A stretch of DNA of 64,000 bases from Vitrella brassicaformis CCMP3155 (Eukaryota; Protista; Chromerida). The notes beneath the pieces were generated by a model that was not told where the DNA came from, did not search any database, and saw only the letters and a program-made list of their open reading frames with translations. Position 1 is the stretch's first letter. The number at the start of each line of letters is the position of its first letter. Location of the stretch: the NCBI GenBank assembly GCA_001179505.1, contig CDMY01000396.1, positions 24,416 through 88,415 on the forward strand, in the 5' to 3' direction. Shown one piece after another: positions 1 through 13,565 of this stretch. Both the position numbers and the translations under genes were made by a program.

Positions 1-1146
1 ATCGTGTGTGTATGTCGCGTGGGGTGCATGCGATGCCTGCAGGACTTGGGAGGCTTGTTGAATGACTTCCGCGAGTGGAAGGTACGTATGCATCAGTGGC
101 CATGCAGGACGACAATCAAATTACCATCCCCCATCCATCCATCCATCCATCCATGTGGATGGATGGAACACTGTGCCGGCCGTGCCGTGTATGTGTGTCT
201 GTCTTTCTTTCTTCAGGCGGTGATAGAGAGCAACCACGAGGCGCTCCATCGCAGTGTCGTGGGACTCGACGCAAGACAACAACCGCAACACCAGACATCA
301 TACAGAAAAGAAGACGGGCACGTACCCCACACAGACAACACAGACAAAGACGTACGTACGCTCTCACACATGGGCACTCACACACGAATAGATAGATGCA
401 CAGATCCTGCAGGCAGGGTACCCTTTCAATTGTCTGTCTTTGCGCGTCTGTCTGTCTGTCTGTGTGTTCAGTCGTCCCGGGGCCTAGCCGCTAATGATAG
501 CATAGAGGTGCTGGGGGGCACGGTTGCACAGAGGACCACCAAGGTGGGCGGGGCGGGGCGGGGCACAAACCAAAGCCGCACACCAACCCGCACGGCACGA
601 TGAGTGTTGGTGTTGTGTGTTGTGTGTCTCAGGGTGGTGGTTTCGGTGTGCACCCATCCGTCGTGGCGCCGCTGCCATCCCCGGCCAATGTCGCCAGTGA
701 GAGCCCCCGAGGGCCCACACCAACACCCACAGGCGAACAGGTCAACCAACCGACACATATATACGATAAAGAACAAAGTGGCAGCCAACCAATCCATTCG
801 TTTGTTCGCTATATACAGGGATACAGCAAGGGCGTTCCCACTCCGCCCGCTGCCGTGCCCACTGCATTCAACGGCGTGCAGCACCAGCACCATCAGCAGC
901 ATCAGCATGGCCCACACGCCCCTCCTGGCGCCCTGCTGCCCACACAGAACCGGGCCACACTGCACCAGCACCAACAGGTGGATGGATGATGAATCAATCA
1001 ATCGGTGGATGGATGGATGGATGCCTTATGGATGGATGGCATGCTGGCCTTGCACTGTGTGTGTGTATGTGATGCGTGTGTCAGGTGGCCGGGCGTCAGT
1101 TTACATACGGTCCGTATGCGGGGCCTTTCTTCAGATAAACAAATAG
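1..1146 (+). CDS. 3' end of a multi-exon hypothetical protein with a low-complexity P/Q/H-rich tail
   Basis: Short open exons (DLGGLLNDFREWK; AVIESNHEALHR; GYSKGVPTPPAAVP...HQHHQQHQH) separated by GT..AG introns containing (CATC)n/(GT)n. No recognisable domain. Confidence 0.5.
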
Positions 1147-1842
1147 CACACACACCTGTCTGTCTGTCCGCCCCGTCCGTCCACACGTGTGTGCTATGGC
1201 CGCACACAGCACAGTGGCCGATCGATTTTGACCGGTTATGCATTCTATGCAGCTGTAGCTGTAGCTGTCCCTGGACGTCTCCTTTCCTACACGCATGATT
1301 CAATTCTGTCCACACAACTTGTCACTTAATTGCCGCCCACCGGCCCTGACAAACACAACACATCAAACTCAGGCTGTTTGTCTGTTTGCTTCCCCGCCCA
1401 TCTGATGGGCAGCGCCGCTCAGATGAGATGACGGTGATCAGCCCATCGCCCCGCACAATGATTCCATTCCACTGGCACCCTCCTTTTACGCCTTTTTACG
1501 CCGCGCTTGGGACATGAGGACACGTGTTGCGTACAACACGTCTCACACCTCTTCAGTGACGCACACAGAGTTGATGTCAGCGTCACGTTGCAGACAACAG
1601 CTCGTGTCACGGACAGTTCAAGTGGCCAGATCTGGGAACAGCCACTGGCCCTGCGCATCAGAGACTCTTGTCGGAAGTGCTGTACAGGCTCCCAACATGA
1701 GCTCACGGATGCGCCGAGATTGGCGGTCGTACACAGATTCCATCCACCTCTCGCGCTCTCTCTCCCCCCAGCCCGCCCATCACAATGCTACCTCTACCCA
1801 CAGCAGCCAACCAGGAACCCACGTATCTACACACCGCACCCC

Positions 1843-2965
1843 TCAGAGCCAGCCGAGCCCCAGGCCCTTGGTGGTCGGCTTGAATTTGACTTTGGATCGC
1901 ACACTTGGGCGGTAGGCCAGCTGCGGGCCGTGCAGAAAGTACTTGACGCCCATCACGACCACACTCAGCACCACCTGGCCCTTGACCACCGTGCGAAGGC
2001 GGCTGTCCTGGCACATCAGCCGAATCGTCTGCTCGGTCTCCTGCACGATAATGCCGTCAAGACCGATGTAACTCGGCACCCTGGCCTTGTCCACCCTCAC
2101 AAATGCGCCATGCAGGTCGGCCGCCGCCNNNNNNNNNNNNNNNNNNNNNNNNNNNNNNNNNNNNNNNNNNNNNNNNNNNNNNNNNNNNNNNNNNNNNNNN
2201 NNNNNNNNNNNNNNNNNNNNNNNNNNNNNNNNNNNNNNNNNNNNNNNNNNNNNNNNNNNNNNNNNNNNNNNNNNNNNNNNNNNNNNNNNNNNNNNNNNNN
2301 NNNNNNNNNNNNNNNNNNNNNNNNNNNNNNNNNNNNNNNNNNNNNNNNNNNNNNNNNNNNNNNNNNNNNNNNNNNNNNNNNNNNNNNNNNNNNNNNNNNN
2401 NNNNNNNNNNNNNNNNNNNNNNNNNNNNAGTCCACCCTCACAAATGCGCCATGCAGGTCGGCCGCCGCCAGCCGGCTGCCCCTCTCGGTGATGGGCAGCC
2501 GCTCGTGCATCAGCTGCTCGGCGTACTGGCTCCACAACTCATTCAGGGGGAGGCAGTCGGCATAACTCAGTGTGCCGTCTTGCAAGTCGTAGAGGCCCCG
2601 TCTCCTGGCCTCGTTGTTGCTCATCTTGGTGAGCCGCCGTGGTGGCTTCTGCTTGGCCTTGGGCTCTCCCTGCTGCTGCTTCTTGCTGGGCTGGTTGTCC
2701 AGCCGCATCACTCGCCCCTTGACCTTGCCCTCGTACACAGCGGCCGGGTCATCCCGCATCGACGGCACCGCGTCCGTCAGGAAGTCGAGAGCTTCCTGAC
2801 AAGAGCAGCATCGTCCGCCGTGGACGAAGGGGGATGGGGATGCTCTGCCGAAGGCCCTGGCGCGTAGAGAGGGTGGCTTGGGCGTGACCCATCCACATTT
2901 TGCCGATCCAGATATCGCTCAGCGGCAGCCCGCGCATTCTTGCGGGACACGTTGTGACGACTCAT
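1843..2965 (-). pseudogene. POP4: RNase P/MRP subunit p29 (POP4/Rpp29), copy 1, frameshifted near the 5' end
   Basis: Rpp29-type C-terminus (ADLHGAFVRVDKARVPSYIGLDGIIVQETEQT...YRPSVRSKVKFK). A 14-nt insertion at 2788-2801 relative to the 23676 copy stops the ATG-2965 frame after 62 aa. Spans an N gap. Confidence 0.8.
2129..2428. other. Assembly gap (300 N) with overlapping flanks
   Basis: TCCACCCTCACAAATGCGCCATGCAGGTCGGCCGCCGCC occurs on both sides (2090-2128 and 2431-2469), so the contigs really overlap. Confidence 0.9.
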
Positions 2966-3501
2966 TCCCTTTCTTTGCCCTTTTTGCCATGGCGAGCTCA
3001 GTCCCGGGCTCGCATAATTGCAAGCTCAGCCCTCAGCTCGCAAAATATTCCCTGCTTTTTCCTTCGTCAGACGTTGAGAGCTCATCGAAGGGAAGCGACC
3101 TATGCGACAAAATCGCTAAACGAATGTGCCACTTTCGCGAGAAACGGGGTGATCGAGTGAGGATCGAATTCCTCTTTTTCTCGAACCTGGCAAATTCGTT
3201 TGCGATTTTGTCGCGGGAGGCGCTGCTCTCTGTGGCTACCAGTATACTCAGTCAAAGAAAATTCGCAAAAATGGGGAAATGCCAAAAGGGGCACCGGGAA
3301 GCTGAGCTCGCACGCTGACTCGTGCTCTAAGAAGCTCAGCAGACGGCAGCTGATGTGCTCGTTGATGTGCTTGGATGGAAGATCTGCCAAAATCGACGCC
3401 AATGCTGCTCGTGGGATCTGTCAAGACGAATGCAGTTCTATCTCTGGGTGATCAACATGCTCGCCCACTCTGTCAGCACAGCCTTCGTCCCCCTCCTGCT
3501 G
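2966..3501. repeat. Bidirectional promoter module, copy A (POP4 <- -> RAP gene)
   Basis: High-identity reverse-complement matches to ~13575-14105 and ~23158-23675, also visible as near-identical spurious ORFs (2878..3318 vs 23323..23763). Confidence 0.9.
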
Positions 3502-6500
3502 CCCCCCAAGGCTCCATCTATCGCTCATCATCCTTCCGTCAACCGGAGGGAGAGGTGGGCCGTCATCAAGGGTGCATCCACACCAGCAAGCGCCACGAAA
3601 CAGCAGGGACCATCACGGCCAGCGGCTTCTCGCCGCCGCCCCAGCAGCAGCGAGCAGATACGACAAGCTGCGACGTCGGATGAGCTGTTAGGCGTCTGCC
3701 ATCGCTACCGGGGCTCCCTTCGTCCCTTCACGTGCAGCGTGGCGCTGCTGCAGCTTTCCAAGGTTGCGCGAGGGGCTGAGCAGCTGCGGACCATGAGAGA
3801 GGACAGTCGGTTCCAGCAGCTGGTGGAGGAGACCCTGGCGGGCATCGACAAGATGGAGCCAAGGTCACTGGCTACTTGTCTTTGGGCTCTGACAAGGTCA
3901 ACATGATAAGACAATAGGCAGGCGAGCCGGCCCACCCATCATGGCTGCAAGCCCCCATTCACGCGTTCGCTTGTATCGCAGACTGGGCGCCGATGTTCCT
4001 CGTGAATCCCTCGATCGCTTCAGTGCCGCCATCCTGGCGTACGCAGCGACGCCGGGTGCGTTTGAGGAGGCTGACATGGGATTCTTGTGGCATGCCGTGG
4101 CCGAGGGAGGGATCAGGCACGATGCGGCGGTGAGGGCGCTGATGCGGATGACGAAGGAGAGCTTCGTCCGCGTGACGCCCCGTACTTTGGCTGCCATGAT
4201 CAAGGCCATAAGCAGAGGCCAGTGGAGGGACGATGAAATGCTAGAGGTTAGCGCTGACTGGGCACGCGATGGACGTGTCTTCCATATCCTTTGTCTCTTC
4301 TGTCAGCTGTCCACCTCGCGGCTATTGCGTGACCTCGCGGGTCGCCCTGATACCGTCCCCAACAGTCTTGTGGCCACGGCTTTACCTGCGTTAGGGGACC
4401 TTGGCCACCACCCGCCCTCTCTGCTGCCCCTCACTGCGCAATATCTGATGTCAGCATCACCTCACGCCGACCTCGCTACCAAGTGGAGAAGGGGAAGCAT
4501 CGCGCCGTTCATGAGAGGACTGTGTCAGCATCTCGCCGCAGTGTATCCCGACGGAAGCAACCCACCTCAGACGCTGATCGACCTGGCAACGCATTGGTCT
4601 CGGAGTCTGTTGCCGCTTCTTGATGGCACCCCATCATCTCTTCTTGATGCGATCACCATGGTTATGGTGCGGCTGACCTATGGAGGGCCTTTCAGGTGCC
4701 ATTATCTGGATGAAGAGACCCATTTTGGGCGTGCTGCCGTGGAGGGCTTCTTTGTTGCGCTCAAGAGCGCGTGGCTGGCTAGAATCGAGACGGCCGAGGG
4801 ACGAAAGGACATCGAAAGTGCAGAATGCTCCAACGCCATCGCCTTCCTCAAAGCTCGAGGCGAGCACGAGGCCGCAGACGAGCTGGCTATCATGCACTCT
4901 GGCGACAGGATGGGCCAGGCAGCTTTCAGCCGGACGCTCTCGCGAGATATCGAGACTCTCTCGTGGGACGACCTGCTCAGCCGATGCTGTTCCTTTCGCC
5001 TCGACGATCACCGCGCGGGCATCCCCTTCCTCGATGCAACCAATCTCGCTCTCGCCATTGCAGGCATTTCCGTTACGGCCGTGGACATGGAAAGGCGGAG
5101 AGACCTCTTTACCGACCATAGATTCCTGGCCCTCGTCGCACGTGCCGTCGACAAGATGCGCACGGCCGATTTGATGCTACAGGCCAACGCCGTGAGCAGC
5201 CTCGCGAAGCTTGGCTGGTGGGAAGGCGTGGCGGAGGGCGACCTGGGGCTAGAGTGGCGGTCATATGAGACGCTGGTTTGCAATGCACTGGCCGCAGCGG
5301 AGAGGGAAGCGGGTGAGGGAAGGGTGGACTGGCAGGCAGTGGCCACGTTGGTATGGGCGGTTGGTCACGTGGGGGTCGCCACTGATGGCATCCGCCAGGT
5401 GAGCAGCGCCAGGCAAAAGGCAGGCAGAGACATCCAATCATCTCATTGATTTCCCTTTCCTTCCAGCGCCTGTCATCTCTCCTGTCTCGCTGCTCGCCCG
5501 ACGGCGACGCGCTTCGCGAAATCGGGGCCATCGCAACCATGTTATTCGGATTGGGGTCACTCCAGTGGACGGCAGGGGATAATTTCACACGGCTCGTCCA
5601 GCACTATGTGGTCCGTGTTAACGGCAGGCGGCCTGAGAAGACGTCACAGGGCCTCGCGAACGTAGTCTGGGCAATGGGGAAGCTGAAATGGAGGGATGAC
5701 AAGACGCTCAAGGTCAGCAACGCTGGGGGTCTCCTCACTTGCTTACCCCTACACTATGGCGTTTTCGCAGGCTCTCGAGCCCATAGTGATCCACCACCTG
5801 AACCATACCCAGCCCGAAGGCATGTCGCAGATTCTGTGGGCCATGGGTCGACTGAAATGGTCGTCGTCTCGTCTGCTCGACGCCGTGGCCACAGCCATCT
5901 GCAGCCGCGAGGATAGTCTTGCAGCCGCGAGCATAAGAGATGCTGACTTGATGCTGCTGACGATGGCCAGCTTGGGATGGCGAGACGAAAGGCTGCTGTC
6001 AAGGGTGGAGAGGTGCGTGCGGGAGGAAGCGTCGGAGGCAACACCTGAGGTCAGGGGATGGATGGATGAATGGATGTGTGGACAGACACACGTCTGCCTC
6101 CCTGTGTTGTGTGTGTGTCAGGAGTGTGGGTCGCTGATATGGGCTGCGGGTGAGCTGCAGTGGGACTCCCCTCCCCTACTGACCAAACTCACCGACACCC
6201 TGCAACGGCACATCAGGTACCACTCACTACCCACACACATGCATTGCATTGCATTGCATTCACGCACACATGAATGAATACACTCGCGTGTGTATTGCAT
6301 TGCTGTCCTCCAAAGTGTATGTGGCGGTGGTGCGACCTCCCTCTCGCCCAAGACAATTTACCTCACCCTGCACGGCCTTCGCATGCTACAGCACAGCGAC
6401 CATCTGCTCGTGGGGCAGATGGTGGCCCTGGTCCCCTCTCTGCTGCAGAGCATGACGGCAGAGAGTGAGATGGACCCGGCCATCGAGCGGCTGCTGAATG

Positions 6501-9500
6501 AGTTGAGCCAGCTTCCACCGATTGATGCCTCACTCGACAGTCTCATGCTCGACAGCGTTGCTGCGGTGAGTGGGGCGAGAGGGTGAGTGCACAGAGGGCG
6601 GCGGCGGTAGTGATCCTTCCCTGTACTTTTCTGTCAGTACGTGTCCGGCCACATATCGCATGCTGACGAGGGCACACTCCGTGCGGCTGTGAGGTTGTTC
6701 GCAGCGCGTGGCGACGTCATGGAGCTGATCAGGTCTATCACCGAAGCCGCAACAACAGCTCAATACGACGATGCAGCCAAGAGAAAGGTATTTATTACAC
6801 AGGTCTCCCCTCAACCCTCACACAACACAACCGTGTCTGTGTCCTCGTTCCTGTCTGTCATCAGGCAGCCCGGCGGGCTCTTCTCGTGTACCATCGCACC
6901 GGCATGGCCCCTGACGACCCCCGCACGCTGTCATGGCTGCTCGACGCATCCCTCCAGGAATTGCATGAAGAGGACACGTCTTCTCTGGTCAGCCTCCTCT
7001 CAACTCACAGAAGCATCGGGGGGCTTGGCAACAGGCGGATGGAGCCGTTGCTGACGGAGCTGGGGGGTAGACTGAATGAGGGTAACATGACCCTACATGA
7101 GGTGACGGGACTCCTGGATGGCCTGGTGGACCGCTATCCGTCGTTCGTGGAGGACCACCGTGACGCCATCGCCAAACAGGTGCGTCTTCATGTGCAGCAC
7201 ACACGTCCATGCGATATGGAATGTCTGTTGCCTGCCGGATCAGGTGACGGCCGCAGTGGAGCGATCGCGACCTTCTCACAGTGTTCCCGACCCACGAGAG
7301 CCATCCAAGCGACTCGCCGACCTGTGGAGGCTTGCCCGGATCACCCCACGGGTGTTCGACGGTGTCCCTGAGGCCGTCGTGGTGGCCCTTGCATCGGCAA
7401 ACGTGGAGGGCGTGCAATGGGAGCGGAAACGACGCGTGCACTTGCTGCTGACGCTGTGCAAGCTCTTGCGTGACCAGCAAATGAAGAAGAAAACGGAGAG
7501 GCTGCTCGTTAAGGCGATTGAGGAACGGATCGCGGATGTCGTACTCCCTGCCAAGGACACATCCTCTCTCGAGGCCGACGAGACGGCGGCACTCGGGCTG
7601 GCCTTGGCCTACATGCACCAGCATCAGCACGGCAAACGGCTGGCTGACGCGTATCCGGCCTTCTACACATCGCTGATGGACACCATCCTCACAGTTCTAT
7701 TGTACCACCGCACAGCCCTCGACCCTTCATCCATCGCCAGCCTCATTTTCGCCGTCGTACATCTCCCGGGTGTGTTGCCACAGTCGGCGGTCGACATGGT
7801 CATCTCTCGCGCGCTGAGGGAGGAACCATCTGCGCGCGTGGCGGCCATCTTGTGTCGTTATGTGGCGATCGGAGGCGCGGCTGCCAGCTGGCGACCTGTG
7901 AATATGATGGTTGACCGGTTGGCGGCGGATCATGACGCGGGAGAGGTCCGACGAGCCTTGAGGGTGTTCGAACGCGCTGAGCTGGGGCGGGCTGATGCAC
8001 AAGTGGGCTGGGCTAAATGGGGGGAGAGAGTGAAGAGGGACGTGGTCAGGTCACTTCACTCACGTGTCTGTGCTGTGTGTGTGTGTATGGTATGGGTGGG
8101 GTGGATGCAGCGCCTGGTCGACGTCATTCTTGAGCGCGGTCTGTCACGTCATTATGGGCCCCCTGACGTCGTCATGGCTGTGCTGGATATTGCCGTGGAA
8201 GTTGCGAGGAGGGCTGACGTGGCCGAAGGGGTGAGGGAGCGGGTGGAGCAGTACCTGGCGGGCCCTCTCACAGACACGAAATCGCTCAGCAGGTGAATGG
8301 AATTTGAAAGGCATTCATTCATTCATGTTCGAGCTGCTTCCATCGACTGGGCGGTCCATTCCATGTGTGTGCTGTGCTGTGCTGTTGTGTCAGGATGGAC
8401 ATGAGGGCTCTGCGTCGATTGATTGGGCTAATGGCGTTCGCAGAGGACGGCAAAAGGATGACCGCCGAGGCAGACCTCACCACATGGAGGGTAACTAACA
8501 CAACCCAAGAAGCACGCAACCTTCTTTGCTGTACTCCCCTGGTGCCTGGTTGTGGCTGTCTCTCATTTTAGGCCATTTGCGAGCGATACATAAGCCTCTT
8601 GGCGTCAGCCGACCTCCCGGCCACCCTGCTCACGTTCGAGCATCTCGCCAATGCCCGAGTGCATCACCCCGCCCTCATGGAGGCACTCGCCACTGCCATC
8701 GAGTATCGTGGTTCCCTGGACACGATAAGTCCAGCTCTGGTGTGTCGATGCGCATCGGCTCTGACGCTCTGTGCTCCGACGGATGGGTTGAGGAGATGTG
8801 CTGCTCTCATCGCAGATACCGCTGGTGTGTGAGCTGCGCACACAACACTTGCCATGCCATGGGTCAGCCATTTGGTGTAGGGTAGGCATGACTAACTGGT
8901 GTGCAAATGTCTGTCAGATCGGCGGCAGCTGGACCTTGACTTGGTCGTCGCGTCGATTATTGGCCGTGCGCTCGCCGTATGTGGGGTGTTTGAGCCGGCT
9001 GGGCTGTTCAAGCGCATCTTCTCACACGCTGCGGTGCTCACGGCCGACAAGGCAATGGACGAGGCGACACAGATTGTGGCATCCCGGCTGCAGCAGGCTC
9101 GCCTTGCGTGGGAGGTTGAGTGCGGTTCCCTTCCAACATCACCGACAGAGCCACAGCCGCCGCCGGCCACTCGTCCACAAGCGTCATCCTGGGTCGACCA
9201 ATGCGCCGACGATCTGCAAGACACCGACGCGGCCATCGATGAGCAGGGGTCTGAATGGAGCAGCGATGGGGGAGAGGACAACAAGTGGGTCGTTCCGGGG
9301 GCTGTGGGTGGGGGAGGGGTGCGGGCACTGGCAAGGTGGCAGAGGGCGCTCACGGTGGTCGGGGAGGAGGTGGCCACCAAGTCATCTCGCCTGCACACAC
9401 TCGTGTCGGACCAGCTCGATGCTCTCGGCGTCCTACATGAGAACGAGGCCGTCACAAAGGAGGGCGTCTCGATCGATGTCCGAATCACACTGGTAAGGTG

Positions 9501-10182
9501 AACCGACCCACGCACATATCCATGGCCGGCCACCTGTGCTGTCGTTGTGTGGTGGCTTGGCTGTGCTGTGCTGTGCAGCGGGGTCATGAGAAAGTTGCCA
9601 TCGAGGTTGACGGCCCGAAGCACTTTGTCCGAGACGTCACTACGGTCAGTCAGTCAGCCAACCAGACAGTCGGTCGGCACGTAGCCACCCACTCCATGTA
9701 TGTGTGAATATGTCGACCGCTCTGTTGTCTGTGTGTCAATGACTCCTCCGGTCACTCATGTATGTCAGGGTGCCTTCATCGCCCACGCCACCGCCGTCCA
9801 CAAGCGACGAACGCTGGCCAGCAGAGGCTGGAAAGTCATCTCGCTCGACTTCCTCTCCATCGACCAGCGAGGCATTTCCTATGTGCAAGATGAGCTCACA
9901 CGTGCGGGAGTCCTGGCAAGTGCCGCTGGGTGTGATGATGACGACCCCATTGACCTGCTCAAGAAGCTGCGGGTTAGAAACAACAAAGGTCGGGGGCTGG
10001 GCATCGCGTGGAGCGAGAAGGATCGGTGTTTTCGCGTCCGTCTGCAGCACGGAGGAAGGAGGCATGACCTGGGCAAGTTCGCGGCCAGGCGGGGAGGGGT
10101 GGGGGTGGCTCTCGACAAGGCCCTGGCAGCGAGGAATGGATTGGCTGCGCAGCTGGGGCTGCCACTAGTGGAGGGCGTGTGA
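3430..10182 (+). CDS. Multi-exon helical-repeat (OPR/HPR-like) RAP-domain protein with a bipartite plastid leader and a C-terminal AP2-like domain
   Basis: Leader MQFYLWVINMLAHSVSTA-F. Repeats RSLATCLWAL, QGLANVVWAMGKLKW, EGMSQILWAMGRLKW, ECGSLIWAAGELQW. RAP motif KVAIEVDGPKHF...KRRTLASRGWKVISL. Tail GIAWSEKDRCFRVRLQHGGRRHDLGKF...ALAAR. Confidence 0.8.
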
Positions 10183-10307
10183 CGGGATGAGTGTGGGCTT
10201 ATGCATGCGAGCGCTTTTTCTGTTGATACGACCGTCTTGTAGCGCAGAACTCCTCTGTGGCCCCGAGATTTACACATGTAAACAACAGAGCTTTTTGCGG
10301 AAAGAGA

Positions 10308-11258
10308 ATGGCTTCTCTGAAGCGAAGTAGCGACACCGTGCCCACCAGCCTGTCGGCACCGGACCTGCCGGAGCGTTTCACCCTCAACGTCGGCGGCAAG
10401 CACGTGCAGATCCAGACGAAAACGCTTCTCTCGCGACCCGACGATGGCAGATCTCTCATCGGCCACATCACGGCGGAGATGCGCAAGCAGGAAGTGACCA
10501 TGGGCGACAGCACGGTGATTTCCAACCGCAACGTGTTTCTCGACCGCAACTCGGAGCTCATGGACCTCTTGCTGATGTGGTTCCGCCAGGGTGAGGCCTG
10601 CCAGGTCCGCCGCTGGCCGACGGAGGTCCTCCACTACCTCATCCCCGAAGCCGACCACTTCGGTGAGAAATCAGACAGAGCGGTGGGATCGGATGGCCGC
10701 AGGGTGCGGTGCGCAGATCAGATCTCTCCATCACATGCTCTCTCTTCCCTGGTTGCGTATGTATTGTGTGTGTGGCAGGTTTGTTGTCGTTGCGTCAGGA
10801 GATAGAGGAGGCGCTGCAGGGCCGGGGCGGCATGGCCATGGCCGCATCGGCTGGCGAGGAGGTGGACGTAGAGGGCGAGGGTGAGGGAGAGGGCATGGAC
10901 GGCGGCGAGTGCGAGGGCACGGAGGATGACACGGACGAGGAGGGCACAGAGACCCCTCCGATGCCCAATGACGAACAAGTCGGCGACCCCATCTTCTACA
11001 AGGAGGATGGCAAACCGGTAAGTGAGCATACCTAGATGGATGGATGGATGGATGGATGGGTGTGTGTGTCAGGCCGACGGTGTGGTTCGTCGCAACATGG
11101 AGTTGGGTGTGTTGGCGAGTGTGGCGTCTGCCGGCCCCAACGTGCTGCGGCGCCACGCCACTGTGTCGGCGGCGCAGACGGCGGCCCGCGAGAAGCAGCA
11201 CCTCAACCTCAAGCCAGAGATAGACTTCAAGGTGTTCACACCAGACTGGGACAAGTAG
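10308..11258 (+). CDS. BTB/POZ (KCTD/T1-type) domain protein, 3 exons
   Basis: FTLNVGGKHVQIQTKTLLSRPD...VFLDRNSELMDLLLMWFR...EADHF|GLLSL, followed by an acidic linker. Confidence 0.8.
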
Positions 11259-11757
11259 GGAGGATGGAGGGTGAGGGGTTCGCTGATAGATGCAGCACAG
11301 GTAGATGGGCGCCACGTAGAGGGAGGGGGAGCGGGGATGTGTGTGTGAGGATGGAAACGGTCCGTGTGTGGCTGCCGGGTTACCTTAGCGAACGCCTGTC
11401 TGCCTGTCTGTCTGACTGCCTTCCAACCGGCGGCGGACGGCTCGGCTCAATGTAGATGTCGCTACTGCGTGCGGGGCTCGTATGTATGTGTTGGTGGATG
11501 GATGGATGGATGGAATGGCGGGTGGTGCTAGCAGTGCTGCTTAGAGAGATAGATAGAACGATAGACGCACAATGGACGGACGGACGGACGGATGGATGGA
11601 TGGACAAGAAAGACCAACACATTCTCAAATGAACCGCGGTTACTTAAACGGCGCACGCAAGCAAACAATATACACGCTGTAAAATCTGGTCCGCCATCGA
11701 TATCGGCCGACGTCAACGAAAGACGGAACACGAAACACGCCAAAGGGTCATCGCCAT

Positions 11758-13565
11758 CTATCCGATGAGCGATGCCCGCTCCTCAGGCCGCTCGACAGCG
11801 TCTTGTGTCACACCACCGGCAGCTGCCTTCCTCCTCTTTCTCATGAACCTCTGATGCTGTGGGAGGTCACTGATGGCCGCCACGTGGTACTCGTGCGGCC
11901 AGTGCGTGAGCGTCGTCCCCTCAGCCACAGCGCGGCGACGCTGCGCAAGCACCTGCAGCCACCATGTCATCAGACACAGACACTGCAAAGGTGCCGTGAT
12001 GGCGGCGTCAGCCAGCCACGGACCTGCGGCGTCGCCCTGCTCTTGGCCGTCATGCATACGTATGCCACCGCACGCAGCAGCCGATCTGTCGGGGAGGTCG
12101 GCTCCTTCAATGCGGGCGTATTGCAGTGAACCGTCCTGACACACACACCGCCCCCATTCCCCACCCCGTATTAACATGTGTGTGTGTGCGCCTCTATCCT
12201 CGCGGACTTGTGTGTGTGTTTACTTACCGAGAGTCCCACAAGACCAGGTCGCCAGCCTGACAGCTGACGAGACGCGGCGGGAGGGGGCGGGGGAGTGAGT
12301 CGTCCAACAGAGAGGAGGACGACGGATTGCCATTCGCCACAGAACGGATGAGCGGATCAGATGGAGGGATAGGAAGAAAATCGCCCGTAAGCAGACTGAC
12401 ACAGACAGAACAAAAGGAAGGGCAACAAATCAATCACCGACACTCCTGGTGCGCAGCGCACAATGTGTGTGGTATTTTCTCATATATGTGGGTATGTCCT
12501 GACTGACCCGATGGCGCCGGCCCGTTGGCTGAGGTGGCGATGGTGATTGTGGGAGCGGGGGATGACACACAAACCTCCCGTTGTCGCATCGCTCGCGTAC
12601 AGTGACACGAAACCCTGAAAGACACAAACAAAAGGCAGGCCACACACAACACAACACAAGACACATGTCTGTCTGCCCTGATCCCTGATGCATTCATTGA
12701 CCGGTGTGTATGTGTGTGTGGATATCCTATCCCCCAGCTGATCTGACCTGCACACACTCGAAGCCCGGCTTCTTCCGGGCGTCCTGGTCGATGTGCCACC
12801 AGCCCCCTTTGGTCTTCCAGTGCCCTGCACCCTCCCTGTGCCACGGCCGATACAGACCCAGCCCATCAAATGACGTCAGCAACTCGCCGCCTTCGACGCC
12901 CCAAACGCTCTGGAAGGCCTTTTGCGTGAGGTGGTGTGTGCGGACGGCCCACATGACCTCCGAGTGGCCCACAGCCATCGAGTGGATAGCACCGGTGGCG
13001 AGGTCGCCAAGCCAACCGATGTCGTCCCATGTGGATGGATCATGCCTGCAAGAAAAGGATGGATGGCAGACACGGCACATGAATGGGATGCATTTTTCCA
13101 TCTATCTATCTCAATGCACGTGACCTGCTGTTAGCTGACTGACCTGGTCAGGTTTTGGTTGGTGCTCTCGAGCCAATCCCAAACGCCCTCACGGCACCTC
13201 TCCAGCATCGCTGCATCCATCACGTCCCCGATGACGCAGTAGCCCTCCTGCCTCAAGTAACCCATTGCCTCACCCATCTGCCGCTCGTCCAGCACAGAAA
13301 ACCGCTTGATTGCCGGACACTCCAGCTGCAATGGACCATTGCCGCCCTCTCCCTCCCCCTCTCCCCAGAAGACCCGCCGCACACAGCGCGAGATGTCGGT
13401 CTCGCATTGCTTCTTCGTGGCCTCGTCGAAGGTGAGGCACTGCCGCATGAACAGGGGGCCCGCGTGAAGCGCCAGACCGGCCAGATCCCACAGGGACACG
13501 TTGGGACGCGAGAGAGGACGACGATGGGCAGCGGTGGGCTGATGCTGTGCGACGCTCACTTTCAT
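11758..13565 (-). CDS. Phytanoyl-CoA dioxygenase (PhyH)-family Fe(II)/2OG oxygenase, multi-exon
   Basis: YLRQEGYCVIGDV; LLTSFDG; HxD motif WWHIDQD; GDLVLWDSR|TVHCN (distal His); RAVAYVCM; TTLTHWPHE. Confidence 0.85.

Noticed and set aside
1419-1830. ORFs 1507+ and 1419- as a gene
   Set aside because: No domain or convincing splice structure; the ORF runs into the antisense strand of POP4.
2090-2469. Apparent internal duplication or insertion in POP4 copy 1
   Set aside because: The 39-bp repeat flanks a standard 300-N placeholder; this is an unmerged contig overlap.
2878-3451. Conserved ORFs in the promoter module (146 aa etc.), repeated at 13740 and 23323
   Set aside because: The similarity is explained by DNA duplication. 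Indels between the copies break the frames and the codon usage is not coding-like.
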